Assembly: GCA_963843575.1 (NCBI GenBank) | Contig: CAWJKZ010000018.1 | Location: 32,001-96,000, forward strand | Length of the DNA stretch: 64,000 nt | Source of the DNA: an uncultured Acidobacteriota bacterium | GTDB taxonomy: Bacteria > Acidobacteriota > UBA6911 | Direction: 5' to 3' | In this document: positions 18,207 to 27,665 of the stretch, piece by piece | How positions within the stretch are numbered: the stretch's first letter is position 1 | How the letters are laid out: each line of letters begins with the position of its first letter | The notes under the pieces: model-generated | What the model saw: the letters and a program-made list of their open reading frames with translations, nothing else | Databases searched by the model: none | Told to the model about the DNA's origin: nothing | Made by a program: the position numbers and the translations under genes

Positions 18207-20936
18207 ATGGATGCCACCGGATTCGACCGGGACGAAATCCAACCCGATATGGATCTCAGAAGAAACCTCTCCATCCGCTCCAGCCGTCTGCCGATCATCA
18301 TGGATGCCGCGGAACGCCAGTTCGGGATCACTATCGAATTGGAGGACTTTATCCATGTCCGCACCGTAAGAGACATCGCCCAGCGGATCTCCGCGATCGT
18401 CGCCCGGCAGGAAGGCGCCGGCGAGCGGCCCGCCGCCAAGGCGGCTGACCCCGGCGCGGCGCCGGCCGGAATCCCTGAGCCGTCAGCGGATGAGGCGCTT
18501 CTGAAGCGGCTCGTTTTCAACCTCGCCCCTGTGGAGCCGGCAGCTTCCATGCCCGTGGAATTGAGCCCCGGCGAGGCCGTCCTCCTCCTCTCGCCGGACC
18601 AGGATGACGCACTGGCCAAGAGTGCGGGAGACCTGCTCCGCCAGGATTACGGTGTTGACACTTTTCCCCTGCCATTCATGCCAGAGCACTTGGGGCCGGG
18701 CGAAGAGGGCCACGACATTCTGAATGCCGCGGGAGTCGCCAGGACCTCAGAGAAAATCTCGGGCCTCGCCTCCCTCGCGGGGCTGGTCATCACCTTGCCT
18801 CAAGACGGGTCGGAACGGTTGGCCGGCATGGCGGATGTTTCGCGGCTGCTCACCGGGCTCTTTCAACTCCTGAAGGCTTTTCTCCAATCACCATCCAGGA
18901 AATTCGTCGTCCTGATTCATGCCCGCGAGGATACCGACACTCTCGGTCGGCTGCTGACGGAGGGGCTGCTCGGACTGTTTCTGAGCGCCGCCCAGGAACA
19001 CCCCGCGGTCCAGTTTCGCACGCTGGAAATCGACCGGGACACCGACCTGCCCCTGGCCCTGCGCGCCGCTCTGGACAAGGGCTGCGCCGCGGTGGAACTC
19101 ATTCATCGCGAAGGCAAGGTCTTCACCTCGCAGGGACACCTGGCCCCCGCGGTCTTCGGCGATCCGCCAAGTCTGAAGTTGAACCCCGGAGACGTTGTAG
19201 TCATGTCTGGAGGCGCCACGGGGATCAGCGCCCACCTGGCCCGCAGTTTGGTGCCCTTCGCGCCTCGCCTGGTCTTTCTTGGCAGGACCCAGCTGGAACC
19301 GCACCCCGAGCCTTCGTCTTCTGCATCTGCCCCTGACAAATCCCGAGCCCGCGAGATCGCCCAGACCCTGGCGGATTTGCACGCCTCAGGAATCGAGGCC
19401 ACGTACCTGACCTGCGATGTAACCGACCCCGAGGCGGTTCGTGTTGCCCTGGGCGAGGTGGCCGGCCGCTATGGCCGGATCGACGGCATCATTCACGGCG
19501 CCGGCGTCCTCCGGGACGGTTTCCTCGACCAAATGACCCCTGAGGATTTTTCCCTCGTCGCGGACGTCAAATTCCTGGGAGCCTGGAATCTATTCTCGGC
19601 GGCAGAGGGGGCGGGCTTGAGGTTCTTCGTGGGCCTTTCCTCGGTGGCGGCCATCCAGGGAAATCCCGGCCAGACCAACTACGCTGCCGCCAACCGCATG
19701 ATGTCGGCGCTACTCCGATACCTCCGCCGCAGGAACGGCGCCATCCGCTTCAAGGCGTTGATGCTGCCCCCGGTCGAGGGGACGGGCATGGCCGAGAACC
19801 CGGAGGTCCGGGACTTGCTCAGACGCCGAGGCGTGGCCTACGTCCACGTCCATGAGCTTGCCGGCCTGTTCTGCCGGGAACTCTTCGTCGCCCCGGCCGA
19901 CGACGATTGGGTCATGTTCATCAGGACCCTGCCCTCCGTGAAGACGGCACCGCTCGGTGATATCAGCCACCCCGCGCTCAGTGGACAACTGGATGGCGGC
20001 CCCGTGGCCTTCAGCCCTCGCGACTTCCCCATGATCGATGGCATCTCTTGCCTGGACCTCCGCCGGGAACACTTGGAGGCCTCCAGGTCCTTCTCCAGGC
20101 AGAACGATCTGTGGATCGCGGATCACCGGCCACTCAAGTCCCTCGCCCATCCTCTGGTTTCCGCCGCCATGATGCTCGAGACCTTCATGGAATCCGCCCG
20201 CATCCTCTATCCCCACCTCCAGGTGCGGGGCGTGCGCCAGGTGCGTTTCATGGACATGATCTCCTGTCCTCCTGAGGTTCCCCGGTCTTCCAGAATCTCC
20301 TGCCGCCGAGCCGGCGTCGACCCTCGTGAGGTAGTATGCGAGGCCTCTCTATCCGTACAAGAGATCTCCCCCACGGGCCGGCTGGCCGACCGCTTCATCC
20401 CACACTGCACGGGCCAGGTGCTCCTCGGCGGCGGGCGTGGAGAACTCGCCGAGTGGTTCCAGGATTTTCCTGTCCGTCCGGATGAGCTGCGGACTCCGCC
20501 CGTGAATCATGAAAAAGTGCTCAAATGGTACGAAGAACGAACCGGACTCAACGGCAGATATCGCGTGCTGGAGGTCATTGACGGTGCCGGTCCGGGGCTG
20601 ATACGGGGCCGAACCATTTACCGGGAGACCGGTGATTTCGCGCATCTGCACGCCGCGCGCTACCAATACTCTCCCTACCTGTTCGAGGCCCTGATGCAGT
20701 TGGCCGCCTTCCACATGCTGGCCATAGACCCACACGATCGCCGCTCGATGCTCCCCACAGAGATCGGCGAGATGCGGTTTCTGCGCCAATGCCGGCCGGG
20801 CGAACAGATAACCCTGGAGGCCCGCCTGCGGGTTCAGGACCACGAATCTCTCGCCTGGGACGCCCGGGGACTTGACGATCAAGGCCTCACTATAATGCAG
20901 ATTCGTACGATGCGCATGCACTGGGTTTCGCCGTGA
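18207..20936 (+). CDS. Type I PKS/FAS, C-terminal part: ACP, KR, double-hotdog DH. Probably one gene with 13232-18112, split by a frameshift near 18100
   Basis: ACP DLRRNLSIRSS with its first helix (HLEAIIRII) upstream of the ORF start in the same open frame. KR: GGATGI, HGAGVLRD, GNPGQTNYAAAN. DH: WIADHRP...LFEALMQ. Confidence 0.9.
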   Translation: MDATGFDRDEIQPDMDLRRNLSIRSSRLPIIMDAAERQFGITIELEDFIHVRTVRDIAQRISAIVARQEGAGERPAAKAADPGAAPAGIPEPSADEALLKRLVFNLAPVEPAASMPVELSPGEAVLLLSPDQDDALAKSAGDLLRQDYGVDTFPLPFMPEHLGPGEEGHDILNAAGVARTSEKISGLASLAGLVITLPQDGSERLAGMADVSRLLTGLFQLLKAFLQSPSRKFVVLIHAREDTDTLGRLLTEGLLGLFLSAAQEHPAVQFRTLEIDRDTDLPLALRAALDKGCAAVELIHREGKVFTSQGHLAPAVFGDPPSLKLNPGDVVVMSGGATGISAHLARSLVPFAPRLVFLGRTQLEPHPEPSSSASAPDKSRAREIAQTLADLHASGIEATYLTCDVTDPEAVRVALGEVAGRYGRIDGIIHGAGVLRDGFLDQMTPEDFSLVADVKFLGAWNLFSAAEGAGLRFFVGLSSVAAIQGNPGQTNYAAANRMMSALLRYLRRRNGAIRFKALMLPPVEGTGMAENPEVRDLLRRRGVAYVHVHELAGLFCRELFVAPADDDWVMFIRTLPSVKTAPLGDISHPALSGQLDGGPVAFSPRDFPMIDGISCLDLRREHLEASRSFSRQNDLWIADHRPLKSLAHPLVSAAMMLETFMESARILYPHLQVRGVRQVRFMDMISCPPEVPRSSRISCRRAGVDPREVVCEASLSVQEISPTGRLADRFIPHCTGQVLLGGGRGELAEWFQDFPVRPDELRTPPVNHEKVLKWYEERTGLNGRYRVLEVIDGAGPGLIRGRTIYRETGDFAHLHAARYQYSPYLFEALMQLAAFHMLAIDPHDRRSMLPTEIGEMRFLRQCRPGEQITLEARLRVQDHESLAWDARGLDDQGLTIMQIRTMRMHWVSP

Positions 20937-21727
20937 CGCGGCTCGAACAAATGGGGGCAGCCGTGGCACAGGATCGCCAGGAAGTCATCGTTCAGTCCGT
21001 GCGTCTCGTTCCTTGCGGGTGCGTTGTCTTCTATGCCTCCGTGCCAGGGAACTCCGCAAGCTCCAGCGGATCCGCGACCATTCGGACGGAAAACCGTCGT
21101 CGGCTCGTCGCCATCCTCTGGGAGCACCTTCGGGCGAAGGGAAGTCCTCTCTGGAAACGCCCCCATTTCTCCAACAGAGTCGCAGTCCCGATTCAGATAG
21201 TCCACGATACGCTGGGTCGGCCTCGTCTCCTGTTGGGAGAACAGCGGGGCCCGGCCATCTCCTTCAGCACGGCGGGCGAAGAAGTCTGGGCCGCCCTCTG
21301 TGACGACGACTCGACTATCGGCATCGATGTGGCCGGAAGCGCCGAATTCCAGGATGGTTACCCCGTGCACCGGGTCTTCCACGTTCAGGAGCTTCACCAG
21401 GCATTGGAGATGGCGGGCGGAGACTTGGCCAAGGCCGCGGCGCTGCTCTGGTCTATCAAGGAAGCCGTCGCCAAGGCCCTTGGGTGCGGCTTTCATCTTG
21501 TGGATCCGCGGGACATCCATGTCTATCCATCGGCAGCAGAGGATAGCGGGCCTGCCTTTTCCGCACGCTTATCAGGGAAAGCTTTGGTGCGTTTCCCCAT
21601 GGCCGACCGCCGGCCTATCACGGTGTGTTCGCTGCCCCACGCCGAGACGTGGCTTTCCGTCGCCGCCTTGAATTGGCCGCGGCCGTCTGTCGCCAATAGT
21701 CCATCGCTCCGGTCTTCGTGCCCTTGA
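20933..21727 (+). CDS. 4'-phosphopantetheinyl transferase (Sfp-type)
   Basis: GRPRL, ISFS, IGIDV, WSIKEAVAKALG. GTGA overlap with the PKS stop. Confidence 0.9.
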   Translation: MTRLEQMGAAVAQDRQEVIVQSVRLVPCGCVVFYASVPGNSASSSGSATIRTENRRRLVAILWEHLRAKGSPLWKRPHFSNRVAVPIQIVHDTLGRPRLLLGEQRGPAISFSTAGEEVWAALCDDDSTIGIDVAGSAEFQDGYPVHRVFHVQELHQALEMAGGDLAKAAALLWSIKEAVAKALGCGFHLVDPRDIHVYPSAAEDSGPAFSARLSGKALVRFPMADRRPITVCSLPHAETWLSVAALNWPRPSVANSPSLRSSCP

Positions 21728-21741
21728 GACCCAAAGATTAC

Positions 21742-21882
21742 CTGGGGGCAGACCTGGCGTACGTCTCGGCGCAGCCGGGGCATGCGAATCCGTCGATCAC
21801 GCTGAGGATATACTCGCACTGGGTGCCGCGCCCGGACCCAGGAGCCGGGCAAGGATGGCGAGGACTTGGACGAAAAGGATGA
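21742..21882 (+). mobile_element. Tyrosine recombinase/integrase C-terminal remnant
   Basis: Translates as LGADLAYVSAQPGHANPSITLRIYSHW, the box II pattern [L]GH..x..T..Y with the catalytic Tyr. No upstream integrase body. Confidence 0.75.
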
Positions 21883-21963
21883 CGAGATCGCGCGTCGCCG
21901 CATCATAACAAATCGGGAAATCGCCTGAGGATGTGCCACGAATTTGCCATTCGCGAGGAAACC

Positions 21964-24087
21964 ATGACCAGAAGATGCTGCTTCTTCGTAATGCTTGTTC
22001 CGGTGGTCGCGTGCCTGGCGACGCCGGTCTATTCTCTCCAGAACAGCGCCGGCAAAGTTTATCCCGCGATAACCCTGCCGGGCGAAGCAGGGGGGCCGAA
22101 GAATTACGTAATCCGGATCGGCGATGTCCAGGCCGTCGAGAATCCCGGGTTGGTGATTCTCGCGGACGGCTTGGACTCCGCCGGGAAGGGGAGCGTCGAT
22201 GTAAACGGCAACATCTACGCGATTCCAACGGCGCCCGCCGGCCTTTTGGCCAAGATAGTCATTCCTCTGAGGTCGGACCACCTGCGGTCCGGCCTGAACC
22301 GAATCTCGTATCCGAAAAGCGGGGCTACCTCCTGCGACGTGCTGGACTGCCGGCTCGAGGAGGTCAAGGAATCCTCCGCCCGCGTCGTTGGCCTGAGCTA
22401 TCTTCCGAAAGCTGCGGTGCCTTCGATCGCCGATTTCGACCTTGTCGCCGCCAGCACCGGCGCCGGCAAAAGGCGGGAGAGCGAACTGGTGCCATGGGCG
22501 CGGCGGGGACTGGTCAGATACTACCGCGCGGGAATCGACTTCAACCATCTCGACCGGTTGTTTGAGATGTTCAAGGAGGCGCGCATCAATCTGGCGATGC
22601 TGCAAACGGTGACGCCGGAAGACCTGCAAAGCGCAGAATACAAGAGATACAAGAACTTCATCGACCGCTGTCATGCGGCAGGCATCAAGGTGATGTTCGA
22701 CGGCGGCACGGGCAACGTGCGGCTGAACGCCATCTCCCTGGATAGCGTACTCCTCCATCCGGAGTGGAGAGACTGGATCGCCAAGGACGACCTGGGATTC
22801 CCCCGCTGGCGCACACCCGGCCGGTCTTTCTGGACGGACGTCAAGAACAGCGACTACCGGAAAGAGGTTCTGAAAGCCGCCGAGATTGCTGTGGACTCCG
22901 GGGCGGACGCCTTCTACTACGACTGGGCCATTGGCGGAACCAGCGACCTGATGCGTTTTTTCAACGACGTGCGCGAGATGACCGACCGCAAAGGCAAGAA
23001 CATCCCTATCTACGGCAACTGCAAGGGGAACATCCTCGTCGAGGAGCGCTGCGACTTCACCAAGTCCGAGGGTACAGAGGAAGCAGGCGTCTGGGATGGA
23101 AGGTGGGTGCACAATGTCGCTCAGGCACGCTTTTACTATGCCGCGGGCGAGGGTTGGAAGCCTTACGAGAGCAAGTACGAAGGAGCCGATCCGGGACGTC
23201 CGGATCCCGGCGCGCATGATGTCCGGGACGGCATGAAGCTCGGCTGGAAACGGCCCATCGCCGAAGCCGCGGCGTTCCAGTCCTTCTTTGCTATCGCCGA
23301 GGCGGGCAGAAAACTGCTGCAAGGCTGGATCCAGAAAGACAACGACCTCGCCATGACCGCCTGGGGGGATATTTGCCGGTACAACACGTTTCTTGCGGAT
23401 AATGAGGACCTCTACACCGATGTGCGGACCCTGAGCAACATCGGGTTGGTGGCGCCTCCGGTCATTCCCAGCTTCGAGATGTCGCTGCAGAGAGCGCCGC
23501 TCTACAATGCCCTGGCCGAGCTGAATTTCATGTACGATGTCGTGCTCCTCTCCAGGCTGAACGACAACAGCCTGGCGGGCTACAAAGCGATCGTGATCCC
23601 GGATGTCCCGTGGACGGACGAGAACCAATTGCGTGTGATCGAGAGATACAGACAGGCAGGCGGCCAGGTCCTGACGATCGGAAGCTCTGAGGAACTCCGG
23701 AAGATCGCTTCCGCAACATTGCCCGATTCTCTTTGTCAGGATATTCAGAAACAGCCTGTAAGGGACGATTTCAGACGGGAATTGCTCAAGCTCTCGGGAG
23801 ATCCGCTTGTCACGGTCCAGGGCGCCGGCTTCGTTATAGCGAACCTGGTCAGAAAGCAGGGAACCCAGCGGGTCATTGCGCACTTCGTGAATTATGGCCA
23901 GGCAGCCGACAATGTGAATGTCCGGCTAAACCTGGCGGGAGTCGTTAAGCAGGTTGACCCCAAGAGCATCCGGCTGCTCTCCCCGGACAACGTTCCCCGG
24001 CAGCTCCAAGACGTCTCCGTCCATGAGGCAACGGTGACATTTACCATGCCGAGGATCGATGTATACGACGTCGTGGTCGTTAATTAG
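21964..24087 (+). CDS. Secreted putative glycoside hydrolase (TIM barrel plus GH42-like trimerisation/GATase-like domain)
   Basis: Signal peptide, FIDRCHAAGIKV, GADAFYYDW, YDVV...YKAIVIPD, HFVNY C-terminal beta domain. RBS GAGGA. Confidence 0.65.
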   Translation: MTRRCCFFVMLVPVVACLATPVYSLQNSAGKVYPAITLPGEAGGPKNYVIRIGDVQAVENPGLVILADGLDSAGKGSVDVNGNIYAIPTAPAGLLAKIVIPLRSDHLRSGLNRISYPKSGATSCDVLDCRLEEVKESSARVVGLSYLPKAAVPSIADFDLVAASTGAGKRRESELVPWARRGLVRYYRAGIDFNHLDRLFEMFKEARINLAMLQTVTPEDLQSAEYKRYKNFIDRCHAAGIKVMFDGGTGNVRLNAISLDSVLLHPEWRDWIAKDDLGFPRWRTPGRSFWTDVKNSDYRKEVLKAAEIAVDSGADAFYYDWAIGGTSDLMRFFNDVREMTDRKGKNIPIYGNCKGNILVEERCDFTKSEGTEEAGVWDGRWVHNVAQARFYYAAGEGWKPYESKYEGADPGRPDPGAHDVRDGMKLGWKRPIAEAAAFQSFFAIAEAGRKLLQGWIQKDNDLAMTAWGDICRYNTFLADNEDLYTDVRTLSNIGLVAPPVIPSFEMSLQRAPLYNALAELNFMYDVVLLSRLNDNSLAGYKAIVIPDVPWTDENQLRVIERYRQAGGQVLTIGSSEELRKIASATLPDSLCQDIQKQPVRDDFRRELLKLSGDPLVTVQGAGFVIANLVRKQGTQRVIAHFVNYGQAADNVNVRLNLAGVVKQVDPKSIRLLSPDNVPRQLQDVSVHEATVTFTMPRIDVYDVVVVN

Positions 24088-25177
24088 CAGGTGGCACTGT
24101 CAAGTTAATGACCACGGAGTGGTTTTCCCGATCTGCATTGCCGACCACTCGGCAGTAGGATCGGTCACGTTGAAATGGGTGACACGCCTGGTTCATCCGC
24201 CAGGATGACGCCTATAACTGAACAAATGAGGCGCTCCTTAACGACCGGTCAGCTCCCCCATAGAACCCAGAAACATTCCGGCACGGCTCACCAATAAAAT
24301 CAACAATTCAGGGGTTCCAGCCGGCACGCAGTCGGTGCCAGCCCCTACTGCCCACCATCACGACATTTCCGATTTCAGACGTCAACCGCCTGCAGCCGAC
24401 GCCTGTCACTTCTGACGTTCCAGGTTTCGGAAATATTCCGGCATGCCACGAAGCCCATCCAGCATCAGATTGTCTCCGGAACCGCTGACGGTAAATCCGA
24501 GCAGTTTCCTGTCAGACGAACCTGGCGCGGCTGATATCCGAGCGAAAGAGCTGATTCACCATGCCCACGAATTTCTGCCCCGGCTCCACCCGTTTGGCGG
24601 GGCGCGTCTTTCGAGAGTCGAACGAACGGACAAGCCCTGCTGCGAGGGCGGTATTTTAGCTCGAGATGGAGGACCGACGGCTCGACAGGGCGAGGTACGC
24701 TCTCCGGATCGGCATTGAGCTGCGCCCGGAGCGCGCAACGTGGTCCGTCCTGCCGCCGCATGAAAAGAGCACCCACGATATGCACGATTGCCTGGGCTAT
24801 GGCACCAGCCACCAAGGACACGAATCCGACCGGTTTTTGTTCTTGCTTCGGGAAGATCCTGCGCAGGTAGGCGAGGTCATAGGCCAGCTCTCCTCGACGG
24901 CGGACGCGCGCGCGGACGGCGGCCGCGCTGGAAATCGCGGCTCTCGTCGGGTTCCTCGCGGCTTTCTTCCTCGCACCGGGTCGGACCGGGTGAAGCGAGG
25001 GACGCGGCAGTCCGGGATGTGGATGCGGGGATCCGGGTTCCATTGCCGCCCCGAAGATCCCGGTGGCAGCGCCTCGGCTCACATCCCGGGAGGGTTACCG
25101 GTGTCCCTGAGCGCATCGCGCGCCGCAGCCAGTGCCAGTGTTCCGAAGCCCCCGACGAGGGCAATCTTCTGCGAGGT

Positions 25178-25474
25178 TCAGCCTATGCCCGAACAAGGGA
25201 CGGCGCCCGACAGCAATCCCGCAGCCATCGTCACGCTGAAGAGAGCGGCTGCCGCCGCAGCGAGCCAGGAGACCGCGCGCGGCCTAGAACGGCTCGAGCC
25301 GCGCCACGCTCCCGAGGCCAGGAGAAGGACGCCCGACGCGAGCACCAGCGCGTCCGCAGTGCGGGCACCCGTGACCAGGTAGGTCCAGCGCTGCCAGATG
25401 TCGGCGGCGCTCATCAGCGCTGCGACGGCGCCCAGCGCCACCATCCAGAATGTCAGGCTGTCGTTCCTGTTCAT
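25178..25474 (-). CDS. Small membrane protein (three TM helices), hypothetical
   Basis: Three hydrophobic segments; starts 26 bp downstream of the 27443-25500 gene on the same strand. Confidence 0.55.
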   Translation of the reverse strand: MNRNDSLTFWMVALGAVAALMSAADIWQRWTYLVTGARTADALVLASGVLLLASGAWRGSSRSRPRAVSWLAAAAAALFSVTMAAGLLSGAVPCSGIG

Positions 25475-25499
25475 ATCGTGATTCCAGTCCGAAGCCCCG

Positions 25500-27443
25500 T
25501 CATTCGTGCTTCGTGCCGGGATACCAGCCGCGCTCCCAGGGAAAAGCGAAGGTGGGGCGGAGCGCATAGCGGGTCATCCTGAACTGGAGCCGGGCACCGG
25601 CGCCCGGCTCCAGGCGCACGGCAAGCACGGGGCCGCTCAATGGCGTTGTGTTGCCGTCTACGGTTACTCCGTCGAACCGGTGTTCGCCGTAACCGCCGGC
25701 CTGAACGACCACCTCGCGAGGCTCGATCGCATTCAGGTTCACCAGCACGACGACAGCCGAATCGGCGCCGAGTTTTTCCACCAGCGCGCCGACATCCTCG
25801 GGAAGTCCGGCACGCCGCCTCACGGGATCGAAGTAGCGGAACCTGCTGTGCAGAACCCAGATGCGGCCGCGTGAGAAATACCCGCCGAGGGCCAGGTTCG
25901 TCAGCCCGTCGGTGGTCGCCGGATTCAGGTCCAGGAGATAGTCGGCCAGCCGAGAATCCGCCGTGGTCTCATCGGTCCGGATCATCTCCATCTTGTGCCG
26001 CACCCGCCCGAGATCGGCCCGGAGCGCCTTTTCCGGAAAATCGGGCAGCATGCCTTCCAGGAAGCCGAGCCACGCGGCGGTGCGGTCGGCTTCGGCATAG
26101 CCCTCATCGGAGGGCGGCGGCGCGTCGAAGCGGTCCACCACGGGCACCCGTTCGAGGTCCCGGCGGTCCATGGACCAGAGATAGATCTCCGCCAGGCGAT
26201 CCGTGTGCAGCTGGTCGGTGTAGTGATACCAGGCCGGAGCGCCGTTGTGCCCGTAGCCTCGCGGATCGCCGTACATCTGGGGGAGCAGCGTCTTGCCGTT
26301 ATCCACTTTCCTGTGCGCGTAAATGTTGTCCATCTGGCGGCGCAGGACTTGGACGTACGACTGGTCGCCGCTCAACAGCAGGGCGTTGCTGAACCCCGGC
26401 CAGGGCCCGGCGGTGAAATAGTTGCGGTGCGCGATCTGGCCGAGTTCTCCGTCAAATATGGTGAAGTTCCACCCGTAGGTGCCTTTCCACCACTGCCCGT
26501 GGTGTTCGCCTCCGGGGTTCCCGTCGAGTCCCACATCGCTCGGTATGTTGCCCGCCGTCTGCTCCGTGCGCTCCTTCCATGCACCCACGTAGTCGAGCAC
26601 CCAGCTGCGATATTTCATGTCTCCGGTGAGCATGAACGCGTTCAGCCCGAGTATGGTTGCCGCCAGATTGAGCGAATTGTCGCCGACGCTGTCGAGATAC
26701 TCGGCGCAGTGCGCCAGCATCTTTTCGTAATGCGCCTGGAGGTCGAGCATGCGGCCGCGGCCGGCGGGATTGTGCAGGAGATGGAAGGTGCCGGGAACCG
26801 GGTCGCCCACCCAATCGTACGTGGTTGCCCTGCGCAGCATCGGCCCCTTGCTGCCGTTCCAGAGGCTCTTGATGACCTTGCGTTCTGGGTCGTAGTTGGG
26901 TGCCTCCGGGTCCTCGCCCATGTACATGGCGGCGAAGCGCACGATGCGCGCGCGGTAGAGTTCGTCGTCGGGATCCGACAGGCCGAGCAGCAGGAAGGCG
27001 CGCATGCCTTCGCCCGTGTGAAACCAGTCGGACTGGGTGATGAACTCGCGGAGGTATGCGCCGTTGGCTGCCAACTCGGTCAGTTTCGTGCGGAGCTCGC
27101 CGTACTGTTTCCAGTGCCCTTCCTGCGCTTTCTTGTATAGCTGGAGAACCGCGTCGGATCCGCCTAGGGCGTGGAGCAGGGTCCAGTTCCAGAAGGTCTC
27201 GATGGCGTCGTCGGGGCCGTCAAGCGTGCCCCAACGCGGGGTATGAAGCAGGTATCCCCGCTCGTCGACGTACTTCGCGGCGAAGCGCTCGACTGCCGCG
27301 GAGTTGTAGCGCAGCAGTTCGCGCTCCAGCAGCGCCCACGCGGGAGCCTCCATCGGCGTTGCGATCCGGACCGTTGCTTCCGGCCCCTGCGGCCGCGCCA
27401 GGCCCAGCGCGAACATGAGACTGAGGGCAGGTAGGGCTTTCAT
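25500..27443 (-). CDS. Secreted conserved hypothetical protein (647 aa)
   Basis: Long high-GC3 ORF with signal peptide and Trp/Asp/Gly-rich motifs (RWGTLDGPDDAIE, DWFHTGEG, WWKGTYGWNF). No family assigned. Confidence 0.8.
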   Translation of the reverse strand: MKALPALSLMFALGLARPQGPEATVRIATPMEAPAWALLERELLRYNSAAVERFAAKYVDERGYLLHTPRWGTLDGPDDAIETFWNWTLLHALGGSDAVLQLYKKAQEGHWKQYGELRTKLTELAANGAYLREFITQSDWFHTGEGMRAFLLLGLSDPDDELYRARIVRFAAMYMGEDPEAPNYDPERKVIKSLWNGSKGPMLRRATTYDWVGDPVPGTFHLLHNPAGRGRMLDLQAHYEKMLAHCAEYLDSVGDNSLNLAATILGLNAFMLTGDMKYRSWVLDYVGAWKERTEQTAGNIPSDVGLDGNPGGEHHGQWWKGTYGWNFTIFDGELGQIAHRNYFTAGPWPGFSNALLLSGDQSYVQVLRRQMDNIYAHRKVDNGKTLLPQMYGDPRGYGHNGAPAWYHYTDQLHTDRLAEIYLWSMDRRDLERVPVVDRFDAPPPSDEGYAEADRTAAWLGFLEGMLPDFPEKALRADLGRVRHKMEMIRTDETTADSRLADYLLDLNPATTDGLTNLALGGYFSRGRIWVLHSRFRYFDPVRRRAGLPEDVGALVEKLGADSAVVVLVNLNAIEPREVVVQAGGYGEHRFDGVTVDGNTTPLSGPVLAVRLEPGAGARLQFRMTRYALRPTFAFPWERGWYPGTKHE

Positions 27444-27452
27444 GGCCTCAGC

Positions 27453-27665
27453 CTACGCCGCGACGGCCACAAACGCCACGGATTTCCAGGGAGTGCGGCA
27501 GCTTATAAGCACTTCCTCGAAGGTGAGGCGGGCTTTGCCGGCGCCGGCAACCCAAGGCTGCCCCGGCTGTTGCGCCGCCGCGTCTGAGATGCCTCCACGG
27601 CCCGCCAGCGCCGAAATCCTCAACAGATCCCTGCGGCCGATCCCCGTCCAGATTCGATCCTTCAT
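27453..27665 (-). pseudogene. Truncated Tat-signal ORF (5' gene remnant or small exported peptide)
   Basis: MKDRIWTGIGRRDLLRISALAG...AAAQQ twin-arginine leader followed by only about 40 residues. Confidence 0.4.

Noticed and set aside
13232-20936. Classical PUFA synthase (pfaA-E) or hopanoid cluster
   Set aside because: Single ACP, single KS, no KS-CLF or FabA-like PfaC, and no shc/hpnCDE in the window.
21523-23883. 786-aa minus-strand ORF
   Set aside because: Antisense shadow of the 21964-24087 gene, the integrase scar and the PPTase end. No motifs; typical of high-GC DNA.
24443-25170. Overlapping ORFs on both strands (24465-25082, 24666-25382, 24788-25582)
   Set aside because: No recognisable motif or consistent coding frame. 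A degraded minus-strand gene is possible (RBS and ATG at 24880) but cannot be supported.
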